DNA of 49,064 bases from Basidiobolus meristosporus CBS 931.73 (Eukaryota; Fungi; Basidiobolomycota): assembly GCA_002104905.1 (NCBI GenBank), contig MCFE01000661.1, forward strand, positions 1 through 49,064, given 5' to 3'. Positions 24,020-36,925 of the stretch are shown one piece after another (the first letter of the stretch is position 1; each line of letters opens with the position of its first letter). Position numbers and translations under genes: made by a program. Under the pieces are notes generated by a model. It was given only the letters and a program-made list of their open reading frames with translations, did no database searches and was not told where the DNA came from.

Positions 24020-25330
24020 ATGAAACCAAGCAACAAGTTAGAGACGTGGGGGAACGAAACCACCATGAACCTCAACAATATTGTTTTCCAAAATGTTCAA
24101 GCTTCCCCTTACTTCAAATCCCTGTAGTAAGTGTCCAACGCGGATTCTCGCTCTAGTTACCAGTAGTAACCTTTTCTACGTGCAGTGAGCTGAAAACCTA
24201 CCATGAGGTCATCGACGAAATCTACAATCAAGGTAAGCTAGCGTACTTGGCGTACTCCACGATACGTGGCGCTTGATCTAAAATACTAGTAGCTAATACA
24301 TCATTTAGTTGACAACTTAGGTATATTGGAGACTCGAAAGGATCTCATCAAACATGTGGTTCCGGCTGCCAGCAGCTTGTATTAACCTTGGATTCCGTTT
24401 ATTGTCATCAGAGCCTTTTTTAAGAGGCACTACTGCTTCTACCGCTTTCTGCCTATTATTCAAACTGTGGACCTTAAGACTAACGGTCAAGCAAGTCAAC
24501 GGGGTGATAACTCACAAAGATTCGCCGTAAGAGCTTTTCCATACACCAACAACTGAGCATCTCGCTTACCAGTGGAATGTACGCACATAGATACATTCGC
24601 GCGTTAGGTTTTCTGTATTTACGATATGTTTGCAAACCTGCCTACCTTTGGGAATGGTTCGAGCCATACCTTGAGGACCCGGAGGAAATCCAAACCACAC
24701 GTGGGCCTAGACCGGTAAACACGTATGTATGAGCAGCTGAATGTGACTATCTCCAGCTTGTATCGATGTTCACGCTACACAACTCTACGCGTTAGCACTA
24801 TTGGCAAGCTTTGCCTTGAGCTTCTCACGGAGCCGAAATTCCTCGGAACCATCTTGCCGCGAATCCCAGTTCCAATTGCACGCGAAATCAATGAGAAGCT
24901 GAAAGATAGAGTGGGCGACAAGTTAGTGCAAGCTTCAATGACAGCGAGGGATTTGTATTAATCTTCTGGTCGATCTAGATATGAGGACGAAAAAGCCCCA
25001 TCTCGTCGAAGCCGGAGCCGTGAGGAAGACCGTGATAGAGGCAGCAGTCGACGTGACGAACGAAGAAGTTATCGTAGCAGATCGCGTAGTAGAGATAGAT
25101 ATAGATATGATCGTGGCTATTCTAGACGTGATGAATATCGTTCAAGGGATCGCGAAGGACGCAGCTATAGTCGCTCCTTCAGCAAGGACCGTCGCAGCCG
25201 CTCTAGGTCTTACAGCAGGGACCGTCGCAGCCGCTCCAGGTCTTACAGCAAGGATCGCCGTAGTCGCTCCAGATCACCAAGAAGAGGCAGCTACAAATCC
25301 GAAGGTAGAGATAGAGGCACCCGGGACTAG
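24020..25330 (+). CDS. PRP38B: PRP38B (PRPF38B)-like splicing factor with C-terminal RS domain
   Basis: LETWGNETTMNLN...ELKTYHEVIDEIY, STAFCLLFKLWTL, HKDSPYIRALGFLYLRY, TILPRIPVPI, then RS/RD repeats ending at TAG 25328-25330. Seven exons, including a 12-nt one. Confidence 0.93.
25181..25273 (+). repeat. 33-bp coding tandem repeat, about 2.8 copies (S[KR]DRRSRSRSY), in the RS domain
   Basis: agcaaggaccgtcgcagccgctctaggtcttac / agcagggaccgtcgcagccgctccaggtcttac / agcaaggatcgccgtagtcgctccaga. Confidence 0.9.
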
Positions 25331-26653
25331 ACGATGGACTAGCATATGCTGAGTTGCTCCCACGGCCATCCACCCCTGATTTAACGGGCTTGAAATGCTC
25401 CCGGTAGTCCTTGATCTTGGCAATAAAGTTTGTATTCGCACTTCTCCATGGCCTGCTAGTATGTCTACATTCCATCTCTCGAGACCAGTCTCCCGACGAC
25501 TTGTTTGCCCTGGGAGTTAAGTGGTACAAGCGAGGTCAGCAGTGCTCATGCTTAAATCACTCCCACGAAACCATCACAAACGAATTTGCGCGTCCTGGGC
25601 GATTGTCCAAATCATTCCCAAACCAAGGCACAAAAAAACCGGCTTCTGCTGGCCATCAAACCGATCTGAGAATGGGCAAAGTGCCATGATTGGAGGATGA
25701 AGAGAGGGAGCCAGCACTTACTTAGATCACCTAGACCTGAAACGAAACCACAGCCTGAAGGCTTAGCATAGTTAGGATTGCGTAGTTGGGCATGTGCAAT
25801 ACCCACAAACTGGCTTGGCCATCGTCAAGTGCTGGGGCCATTGCTCATTACTGCCGGACACAATGTCAATGAAGAAAGCGACTAACTGGAGAAATTGCAA
25901 CTGGACTCAATATCCCTGGGCAACCGACTCGAAAGGATCGGCAGCATGAAACTAGATTAGTGCCAATACATTACACATCATACATAAACCACATCTTGAT
26001 ACGTGTTGGGTTAGGTCCCTGATCTCAATGATCGGACTTATCCCGCATGCAAAGGCTAATTTGTAGGTGAAGCCTGCCGGTCGCTATGGCTGTTCATTCG
26101 TCAATGGGCAATCTGGTCCCAAATTAGAGCAGCTACCCCAAAAATGCTGGCCACAAATTGAGCTGTTGACAGCCCGACTGCTCAATGATACGTGCTCTGT
26201 GACCTCACACCAGCGTATATTCTGATGGGAAGGGGCCCATCCCGCTTGAGACTCGACACTAATCAATGCCGGCGATGTTAATTTGGCTCAAAGGGCTCCT
26301 TCGTTAGAGTTGCAGCACTGTGCTCAACACTGGGCGACTGAGTGATTCCGGAAGCCCGAAGTGGAATCACTTACTAAATATGTACCCAATCCAGGCAGGT
26401 GCCATCGATTGTTTGTGTGGATCCGCTTCACTGGTGGATCGCTTATCAACCCGAAATTCAATCGATATAAATCCCAACTAGAGCTGGTTCGGTTTCCTTA
26501 GAATTGTTGGTTGTTAATTATTGAGTTGCTCCCCAACTGGATTTTCTTCACATCATTATTTCGATCTAGTTATCTTTACAGTAGGCTTTTCTGGGCAACT
26601 TTTGTCGTATCTTTTGCTATATAAATATATAATCCTCTGTTCATACAACTCTT

Positions 26654-27634
26654 ATGGATCTGCAGATTCAGTCCCCTTCCCTCAACAATTCGTTGTCTTT
26701 CGATGCTGGTGTCCTTGCAGCAGCAGCGGCGGCAGCAGCAGTGAGTATGGACAAGCAGAAGGCTCACAATCGGTTTTCCAGCTATTTGGGAGGAACATCT
26801 CTCGGAAGAATCTCGAGAGCAATATACCTGGGAACCACTTGTGCAACCGGCTATATTGCTTCCTCTCTGGGGACCCTTTACAAGGGTGCAGATTCCTTCG
26901 CTGGCTCCATGGGCAACTCTGCCTCGCCGCATCCTGGTGTGGAGAAAAAAACTTTGGTACTAGATCTGGATGAGACTTTAATTCACAGTATGCTGGAGGA
27001 AAGGGGAAAGCCACACCTCCGAGTCGAGGTTCCCTATGAAAAGAAAACGTGCACATACTATGTGTACCAGCGGCCAAGAGTCCTGGAATTCCTCTACATG
27101 GTAAGCGCAGTATTTGTGCCCTTTCAAGCGTCTCCCGCCTTAATCTTGTAAACCGGCATATAGGTAAGCCAATGGTACACCTTGGTCATCTTCACCGCCT
27201 CAGTTGCCGAGTATGCCGACCCCATAATCGACTGGCTTGAGAGACAAGTCATGGCCAAATACGGGTTGCGTTCGAAGTTATTCGCTAAAAGGCTTTACAG
27301 AGAGGTAATTTTGTTGCAGCTAGAGTAGCCACCAGAAGATATGACTAAACAACCTCACTTCCAATAGAGTTGCACATACCGCAACGGTGTTTTCATGAAG
27401 GACCTTGCTATCATCAACCCCGAGCTCTCGAAGGTGCTTCTGGTAGACAATTCGCCATTCTCATACGCGATCAATGAACAGAATGCGGTTCCCATCAAGA
27501 CATGGATGAATGATGATCCGCACGACGAGGGATTATCCGATTTGATTCCGTTCCTAGATGCGTTGAGTGGGGTCGATGATATTCGCAGTATACTGGGTCT
27601 AAGATCCGGAACTTCGACAAAGGCCGGGTGCTGA
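26654..27634 (+). CDS. NEM1: FCP/SCP (NIF) HAD phosphatase, Nem1/Dullard-like
   Basis: KKTLVLDLDETLIHS, YYVYQRP, LVIFTASVAEYADPIIDWLE, MKDL, VDNSP, NAVPI. Introns at 27101-27163 and 27305-27366. The NEM1 versus PSR subfamily call is inferred. Confidence 0.8.
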
Positions 27635-28477
27635 ACATCCAATTATACATACACTCGCCCTTCTAAAACTGTACTTAATTCACCTCCATCCTTCTCATCA
27701 GCATTCTAGCTAGAATGCCACATTGATCCCCTCCACAGCGACCACAACGAGGGCCGGGTTTCCAGCCTGTCTATGCAATACTCAGCTAATTCCCTGATTT
27801 CCAACCGATAATGAGTTCTAACTTTCGCATTCTCGGCGTTATCTCCTTTTTGATGTCTGTATAGCATAAAAACTGTCAATATATGAATTTGGTCTTGTTT
27901 AACCCACCCTTCCTAACCACTCCTCTAATCGTATCCAAATGTGTAACTTAGCGCACTGAGTGCGTTCGTCACGTGTGACCCACCCATCATAACATGTGAT
28001 CTTGGCTGGGTAAGTGACAGCAGTGTGCGTCTTGGCTCCTGTGGAGGAACAATAAAACGTCGGGCTTAGCTCCAACCTGGCTCGACGAGTTACTCCCCAC
28101 CCTGATATCGACTCTGCCTCCTGATCGATCGGCCTTTGCCTAGTCTTGAACGGGAGGCATGACACATCATCCAACCTTATTTTGTAACTAGCCTTTCTGC
28201 AAGGAAGTCGACACACATCCCAAAACCCATTCTAGTATGGCTCGGCCTCAAATTATGGTGTTCGCCGCGAAGGCAGGTCAGCGTCCCCCACACATGGATA
28301 GAATGGATACCCGAGATGGTAATTTGACATATATAGGTAATCGCTGAAATTCCTTGGGTATCAGTACTATGTTGCTGACCAAATACGAGTGGATTGATGC
28401 GTGAAATTTCGGTTTTTCCGAGGTGAATTATTAGGTGGAAAAATTAGCGCTGTGGGTCTGTCCAAGCTAAGCACCCA

Positions 28478-29065
28478 ATGTCCTTGTTTACCGCTGCTAT
28501 TAGACGCGTATTCCCAGCTGCGGCTCGCTCGAGCTCTGCACGACTCATGTCTACGAAAAGGTATGCTGGCAACGACGGCCACTTGAAATGCTAATGCTGA
28601 GCCAATTCCTTACTTGTAGCCTGACGGTTAATTTTATCACTGAAGAGGGCGAGGAAATTGCCGTGAAGGCGGCGGAAGGGGAGAACATCATGCAAATTGC
28701 CCACGATAATTATGTAGACCTTGAGGGTATTTTCTTACGTTTGGTGTTGGGGTATTTTCCCTGCGATGCTAACCGACATTTTCTAGGTGCCTGTGAAGGT
28801 TCGCTTTCTTGCTCAACTTGCCACGTGATACTGCCACAAGAATACTACGACAAGTTGGAGGAGCCTTCTGACGAGGAGAATGACATGCTTGATTTGGCGT
28901 TTGGCTTAACGGATACGTGAGTAGCTTGCTGGCTCCCAAAAGATGTCTTTCTATCCAGGCTGAACCATTTTTTCTAGCTCCAGACTTGGTTGTCAAATTA
29001 TCATGAATCCTTCACTAGATGGTATCACTTGTAAGATCCCTTCGGCTACTCGGAATTTTTCTTGA
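28478..29065 (+). CDS. YAH1: Mitochondrial 2Fe-2S ferredoxin (adrenodoxin-type)
   Basis: Transit peptide [27 protein letters not shown]; [30 protein letters not shown]|SRLGCQI. Four exons. Confidence 0.95.
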
Positions 29066-29751
29066 GGCATAGGTGTTCTCAATTGCCCCATTGCCGAAGG
29101 GCAAGCCTGTGAAATGATGTTGCACCTGCATTCAATTCATTCCCATTATGTTATTTTTGCCCAGCCATTTTGCATCCAATTCTCAGCATATTTCAAGAGG
29201 ATTCCTGATCGAACCCCTTGTCAGAAAACCTTCCGAGGAAGAGGTATACAACACTTGGAATAAATAATACTTCGAACATTCCTATGACCTTCTGTAGAGC
29301 AAGCTGCTCAACCACTCGTACCAATATACCTATTGGCACGTACCATGGGCGAAATAATGGCATCTCCATCCTGTTGAACACTACCCAGGCAAATACCCAA
29401 AGCGACTCGTACTCGTCGCTTCTCCTAACACTAATGTTCTTAAGACATTCTTCGAGGCCACCGAAACAATGGCTTTTCAAACAAAATGATCAGGCTGTTG
29501 GTGGTAGCTGCACTCCAGATGAAACTTGACCGCTAATGTTGGGTTTTATTGACTGATTTCACTGCTACTGCTACTTCTACATATCCAGCCTTCATAATCA
29601 CACTCCATTGGTTGTCTCCCGGGCTTCGTGTAAGAGATCAGCTTGATGGTGGTATCTCGACAACATAAGAGCTATTTATCCGCTCTGCGATAAGGGTTAT
29701 TTGAATACATGTAGCAGACGACGTGCAAGAAGTCTGACTGAGCGACGCTTT

Positions 29752-31520
29752 TCAAGCTCCAAGGCCTCGTCGCTTGGAACGAACGACAGCCTCGATTGGA
29801 GTGACAATTCCGTCCCCAGAAACGCCAATACTCTGGCCAGGTGCCCACCTGTAGTAATGGATGTTAAATTCGACATGCTAGAAACATGTACATCGACACT
29901 ACGTACCCCATTTTGGAGAGCAATTGATGGCCGATATTCGATTCGGACAGTGGCTTGGCCTCTCCACCAACAACTGTGCCGTGAGCAGGAGCCATTACGG
30001 GCTCTAAATGTCCAAGAGGATCAACAGGAAGCCGATTTGATGCGTTTGGTCGATGCAGTGATAACGTACCTGGTCTGCTCTTGGCGGGTTTCTTGGGCGT
30101 AGCCGATTTGGATCCGGGCTTTTTCTTGTTACCGCTGCTAGCCGTTACGTTCAGTTGGGATTCCCCGCGTGCCAGTAGCTTGTCTATATGCGCACGTTTC
30201 TTGGGAACCATCGTTTTCCCTGTTTTGGTGATAATGTGAGATCTTACGAAATAAGCGTGAGTCACTGTTCCAGGGGTCGATTGGTGGCTCCTATTCAGGT
30301 ACCTCTTATTCCCAGAGCCAACGACGCGCGAGTTGATGTTATAGGACGACACCAGCAGATTGACAAAGGATGCCGCTCTTTTAGGGACAGCTGGTAGAGT
30401 GCAGCTACAGAGAATAATCTATTTAGAGAGCAGGGAGCGGCTGAAGTCGCTGCAAGCGATGGCTAACCTTAGTAAACCAGGATCGTTGATGAAGTTGATG
30501 ATCCTCCTATGAAGCGTTGGATGGCGTGAATAATTCGCCCTTGCAACCAGAAGAGACTGTTGGAAATACCTATTGATTCCTTTCAAGTCCACGTTCTTGT
30601 GACGTTCCCGCTTCTGCTTGGGCTCTGGCTTTGAGGTCGATTGAGACTGACTGCTTTCCTGTCGCATTTTGGTTCTCTTGAGTCGGGCCTTGAAGCCTGT
30701 ACGATGGTAGAGGAAATTTAGACGAAGCTTTGCATGGGCGAGGGGTACTTACCTCCATCTGGGTTATCAGGTATCGGGTAAGCGAATTCACCATTCAGAA
30801 CGGCCTTGAACATCTCATCCGTAGCTGCTGCTGTTTGGTTCAGCTCCTCCACTTCGTCCCAACTGGTTCGATTCTGTACCTCGTAATTGAACCCGGCTTG
30901 GTGGAAGTCTTCAGAATCGCTGGAATCGGACAAGTCGGATTCGTGAGGCAGTGAATGCTGTGGCTCATCAAACGTTAGCGCATCTAAGAGATCGACATGG
31001 TTGACTTCCATATCTCCATCGACATTCTAATAGTAACGAGCCGACTTAATAGCCGTATACAAGCGCAATCTTGAGTAAGGAAATACCTCCAAGTAATCTA
31101 GCATGGCAGCCGAAACGCCTGGATCCAACTCTTCGGTGGACATCTCCTCTTCTGAGCTGGAAACGTACGAGTGAATATATAGCGGCCGAGAGGGTGCTCA
31201 GGAGGCCAAACCTTACCTGAGTAAAATATCCTCTCCAGGTAGAATTTTCCTCTTGTTGTTTCGTCCTTTCATTCCGCCCCGCCTGCCTTTTTTTGCTCTT
31301 CTCCTTGTTCCTCTCAGTGGGATGAAATCTTGCGCGACAGATTGCTACAGCGCCAAGTTGAAGGTTATCCAAAGGCCAGAAGGACGACTCCCGGTCAGCC
31401 AAAAACTAGGGTTACCTGTTCCATCGGCTCCGAATACCGAGAAGGTACTGGCTTGGTAGCCTCGCCAACAGTATCAATAAAGAACAACTGCTCTGGAGCT
31501 AGATCGGTTTCCGTCGACAT
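29752..31520 (-). CDS. SQS1: SQS1/Pfa1-like protein with R3H-like and G-patch domains
   Basis: LFFIDT near the N-terminus, LDYLEN, acidic stretches, an R3H-like segment (YNINSRVVGSGNKR), and a C-terminal G-patch SNIGHQLLSKMG|WTPGQSIG...GIVTPIEAVVRSKRRGLGA*. Confidence 0.82.
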
Positions 31521-32274
31521 GGGCCGTCAATACGTGGGAATACAAGGCAAAAGTAAGCTGCCCCCCTCCCCCGCCAAGGAGATGGATATTCATTCCTGGA
31601 TTGATTCGCCTGGCAATTTTGGCTGGATTACCATCTCCCCGCCTACAAGTTGGTCCCATTTCCTAGATTTCTGACGATTTTGCGCTAGAGCTAATCGGAT
31701 TGCATCTGAAATTTTTTTCCAGCTCAAATGGGCCTTTGTATGTTGGATTTAATCTAGCCAGCACATGTGCGTCGCTGATTAGTGCTGATGCTGCAAATCC
31801 ATGTCATATCACGTACATTCCGTCATTGAACACTCTGATCCCGATTTCAACTGGCCATCTTGATGAATGGACATCCGATGGGCCTGATGCTGCACAGCCG
31901 TGCTAGTAGTCTGCCACCCACGTGTTCAAGTGAAGCGGGAAGGTGAAGAGGGTCGAGGGAAATTAATCAGTACTTGGTGCTTTCTCATTTTCAGTGTGGG
32001 AGAACTTCGCCACTTCACATCGTTACGATATACATCTTTTCATTGGTTCATTGCACACGATTCAAAGGGTTTACGGGGGATTGCCATGATATGTAGCTAG
32101 AGCATGTGACAGCCATGGTGAACGATCAACATTGGCTGGTGGCTGAGTACATCAGTTGGTATTACATTGAGAATAGCGGGGATTATTCCGGTGTGGATTA
32201 TGATTAGCGTTTGTAGGTAAGTGATCTATACAACTCGTGGAGCGGAATTTGCTACAGAACAGAATGGTATTCCA

Positions 32275-35157
32275 TCAGAGTGTACCAGGCTTAGTTCCTA
32301 TGGAGGAGCCCATGCGGATCTGCAATGGAGTGGAGTTAGTGGGCTTGGCACATCGTTGGCGCACATTGTGATCAGACGTACCAGTGTTTCGAGCGATCGT
32401 CGAGAGTTCTCGACCAGGTCCTCATCGAACTTGATCATTCCCTTTTGGAAGAGCAAGACGATGGTGGAGCCACCGAATGCAAAATATCCAAACTCGTCCA
32501 TCCGTGAGTATTGTTGCATGGGCTCGCAGGTCAAGACGATGGATCCCACCTGTTGGAAACAAGAGCTAGCGTTAGACAATCGCCTGCGAGAGACACGCGT
32601 TGTTTCTTTACCATCATTGCACCAATGGAGACATAGGCGACCAGTCCGAATTGCTCGCTCTCGATGACTGACACGATTCTCTTGTTTTCTCCGTAAACAT
32701 CGAGCGGGCTTCGGATGGCCATTGGGTTCACAGTGAAGTATTGTCCATCAATGGGTTGGGGTGGTCGAACCCGGCCATCCACGGGGAAGTGGAATCGATG
32801 GTAGTCCTGAGGTGCTAGTCTGAAGATAGCCAGTGAGCCTCCATCAAATGCTTGGGCCAATTGTCCCTCTGCAGCGGTTTCGCCCAATAGCCGGGCGACC
32901 GAGAAATGCTCGCCTTTGATCCACAACTGAGTTGCCTCATTGATGGTAGGGAAGCATGTGCATCTGCAGTCGGCTGGCGACACGGCAACCTTGGGGTTGG
33001 GTGAGGCGAGAGTGCGGCTATCTGGCTTGATCTTACGGTAGAAGAATTCGTTGAAATTCTTGAAGGACTCGATGGGCTCCAATATCTCCTCCTCATTGAT
33101 CTGATGGAACTGTATGAATGGTCGGATGTTCCGAACGGAGGCCGGATCGTCAAACTTTCTTCCCTGCTTCAAAGAGGTGGACTTCAGCAGATGGCGAACT
33201 GTAACAGAAGTCTGTCTTAGAAAGGACCAATTTGAAAGGGTGGTTCGAATCACTTACTAGCCCTGGTGTCTACCGCGGACTTCGAGGCGATGTTCTTGTA
33301 TAGAAGTCGAATGCCAAGTCGGATGTAGACAGGGATTTTCTCCTCGATCAACTGACCAGTGGTTCTGTCCTGAACAATGATGTTGGCATTGTTGCGTCCA
33401 ACACTGTAACGCCCGTAGCCCAGTCGGTTCATCGCCCGAGTGAACCACTTGCGCTGTGCATAAGCTTCGGTAACAAAATCCCCGGTCATCAACCGGTCAA
33501 TCTGCACTGAAGGGTCCTTCATAGAGCATATCGCAACATGGGTGATAATCTCGGTATCTCCCATCCACGAGAGATCGACCTTGTGACAAAGTGGACATCT
33601 ATCAATGTAGAAGATCCTGTGTCTCGCCATTTCTATCTCACCTTCCGAATCCGAGCTTTTGGAGGAGCCACTAAGATCGCTGGTGGACCCGCTGTTTCCT
33701 TCCTTGATGTAAGTCTCCAACACTGGCAGGAATTCCTGGAACGAAAGCTCCTCTGTATCCGGGGATTTCCCGCACCCTCTGAAAAACCGGTCCACCAACT
33801 TCTCTGGGGCTATCGCCTGCAGGTATTCGAGCAACGACAAGATCTCCTTGTGGTTCATTGCGCCATTATTATCCGTGTCATACTCCTTAACCAAGGCTAG
33901 TAAGAATGCTCCCCGTAACTCTTCGGCGGCCCTGAAATTGGCACGGATGGTCATCGTAGATTTGAAAGACTCTCTCCACTTGTCCTTCGCTAGGGCCAAA
34001 GGGATGATTTGATCTCTCGTGGACATGTTGGGGTTCTCACCGCCTTGTGCTTGGAGATCCAACAGCTCCTGAACAGTTACCGTATAGCTACCAATGAAGT
34101 CATTGTTACTGAACTTGTCGTGGTCGTAGACCGAGAACTTCACAACGTGGCTGAGATATGACTGTCTGACGTGGAAATAGAGTCTCTCGTTCCATACAGG
34201 GTTAAGTGTGTGTCGAAGAAAACGGGTTTTAAATGTTTGTCTTCCGTGGGTGATCACGACAAATGGGTCCATATCAAAGGACGTGCGGGTCAAATTCTTG
34301 TCATATGGCAGATCGCTAGAGGACACAATATCTATGACTATCACACCGAGTAGTGGGTTCTTTTCATCAATCCCAAACAAGGTAGCTTCATTCCCGGAGT
34401 CACTTAGGTTACCGTCGGACAAGGCGCCAGAATCGGGTAATATTGGGCCCAACAGCTGCTCCATCGCGGCCTCCCCGGGGAATTGGTGTACTGCCAAGTG
34501 TCAAAAAGTCAACCAAGTTAGATCCTGAGAATACTGTGCTTCAAGTGACCTGTTCTTACCAAGTGGCTGATGCTCCGGCTTTCCAAGCCCCCTTGTTGGT
34601 GAAGGAGAACTTCTATTGGAGTCCGGCAGTGGAAGTCCAGATTCAAGATAGAATCTCTTGTAGACGGTTGAGGAATACTGCCCAAGTACGTCCCATATAG
34701 GTTTGTGCGCTTTAAAGATGGTTGCATCATCTAGCTCTAGAGTATAGAATCCATATTTGACCGATAGAACACCTGGATTCTCTACCTTATTTTTCTTATT
34801 TTTGCGGTCGACAAGCTGCAGGATTTCCTGCTGGCTTGAGGCCCAGAACTTGGGTTTCTCTCCAGAAACCAACATACCCGTAGATATAGTCGTCTCCCCG
34901 ATATACTCCTTTGTGATACGATCCTTGTCGTAGCAGATTAATTGCACAGACAAAGGGAAGCTCGATGCATCTACAGAAAAATCGAACTGAGCGTCCCAAC
35001 GGGGGTTCAGGTCACGGCGGATAACCTCGGTTCGTTTTTTCTGGCTCCCAAGCCGCACTATTACGAAAGGGTCTGAAGTGCCGCTCTTATCCTTGGCAGC
35101 CAGATTGCGGCCTTCATTGATTTCCACACGTAAAACAATGCAGATTTTTTCTGCCAT
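32275..35157 (-). CDS. PSD2: Phosphatidylserine decarboxylase 2 (C2-C2-EF-hand-PSD)
   Basis: Two C2 domains (DKSGTSDPFV; FDMDPFVV...DHDKFSNNDFIG), EF loop DTDNNGAMNHKE, FKNFNEFFYRK, SPADCR, RLAPQDYHRFHFP, and the autocleavage motif FGGST. Confidence 0.96.
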
Positions 35158-36925
35158 GGATGCACAAGTAGAGGGTTGAAGAATGGAAGCACAACTGGTA
35201 TGGAACTGGAAGCTGGAACGTAGATCAACAACTGGGTATCAAACTCTTACTGACACTAAGAATAGAGGTGGGTTAAAGCGCAATGCTCTTCAACGGGCGC
35301 GGTTCCTTATATAACCATACAATCATCATATGCAGCATGCGAAATAAATCAGGCTGAAGTGTATCACCACCAACCTAATACGGTATGATACAGAATTCGA
35401 TGTGCAGAGCTGTTGGTATAATGGAATCAATTGTCGTGTTCCGAGCATCGTTGCAACCTGCTGCTGTCCAATATATCCGGATAGCGAAATCAACCATATA
35501 GTGGCACAGCATACACAGCCATCAGTGCCAAATTTAGCACGACCTTCAATTACTAAATTCTGTGCCATCTATGACACAAGTCGGTCCTCCAGTATCAGAT
35601 TACTCACATCGATGGCAGCCAATTGACGGAGTGTTTACTAATGCCCAAGATGCTGGTGAAGGTGCCTCTCACCTTCGCTCATGTCGGCATTGGCAACGAA
35701 TTGAATCTGATATCCAGAAGCACACTTTCCTAATGCAATTGGCTCAAGGATTGATTAAATCTGCAACTGGCAACATGCGAGGCCTCTCGGACCAAGCTCT
35801 TTCCGGCATATGCCCAATGGGCTTTACTAATCCAACATGGTGATGGACCACCCCTTCATCCGCCACCAATACTGTTGGCCAAAATGATCGCGTTTCCTCG
35901 GCCAATAATGGGAACCATCCTCCGCATCCCGAGTATTTTCAGGTCGGGTAAGCCTTGAGCATCCTAACAAGGGGTCTGCATAGACTATCAATGAACAGGG
36001 CTTGGCGCTGAATCACACCACCACAATAATGCCTATATATTTCCGAAACAGGCGGTGTCCGCCTCCAGAGGGCTGATTAACAAGGGATTCGTGCCAACTG
36101 TATGACAAGTATAGGCGGAATCCAATCGATGGATACTGATTTCGATTGACTCCATGACATCCTTTCTAAGAATAAATAGCCACTCTTTGTTTACTTCACC
36201 GAGATAGCAGGTGCCTGACATTGCTCTGCTGGCGTGGCAGGGTGCGGATCGAAGGCCAGATTGCCGCGATCGACACCACACCCTCCTGGAAGCATGTCCT
36301 AGCAGTCCTTTGTCGCCCCAGTGGACATGTGTTCCTGCGAATTGGCCGTATGCTTGTTTTGTTCAGCATCGCACCCGCGGCTGGGGGCTTCTCTCTTACT
36401 CAGGAGACTGGGCCCTCGAGCACCACCAGAGCTCCTGCTGCTGAAAGTATCCACTGGGCTGCGATCCAGCCGATTACTATGCCGGCCCCGTCAGAGACCA
36501 GCGTCAAGGTTCGTAACCGTCGTTGACGATGTATGCCGAGAACGAACAATGGCCTACTGGGTGCAGTCTCACCTTCTGTGGGCTACAAATTAACTCTAGA
36601 GTTCCTTATTTTAGTGATAGATGTCCCAATTACGGCCCATTTGAGCAATAATAAACGAAGTAACGTACCTTAAATATAGATTTCTATCCTGATTCGGGGG
36701 CAAATGTTGATTGATTGGTGAGTCATTCATCTTGGTCTCTCCTGAGCCAATCTTTGCGTTCTATGTGATTTACGCATATACATCGTTGCTTACAACCACT
36801 TGCTGCCCACCTCTTTCACCACGAAACCTCTATGGAGTTGACCTGTGCCTCGTTTGACCACTTTTAATCCCCCTCTTCAACTCCCATAGCCCATCCGTAC
36901 TTCGTGATCATAGCTGGTTGCCTAG

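Noticed and set aside
6054-30600. Several stop-free 3n introns (DSK2, DCP2, YAH1 28727-28786, two in SQS1)
   Set aside because: About 5 of roughly 48 introns is close to my rough chance expectation for 60-70 nt introns, so there is no evidence of a general retention system.
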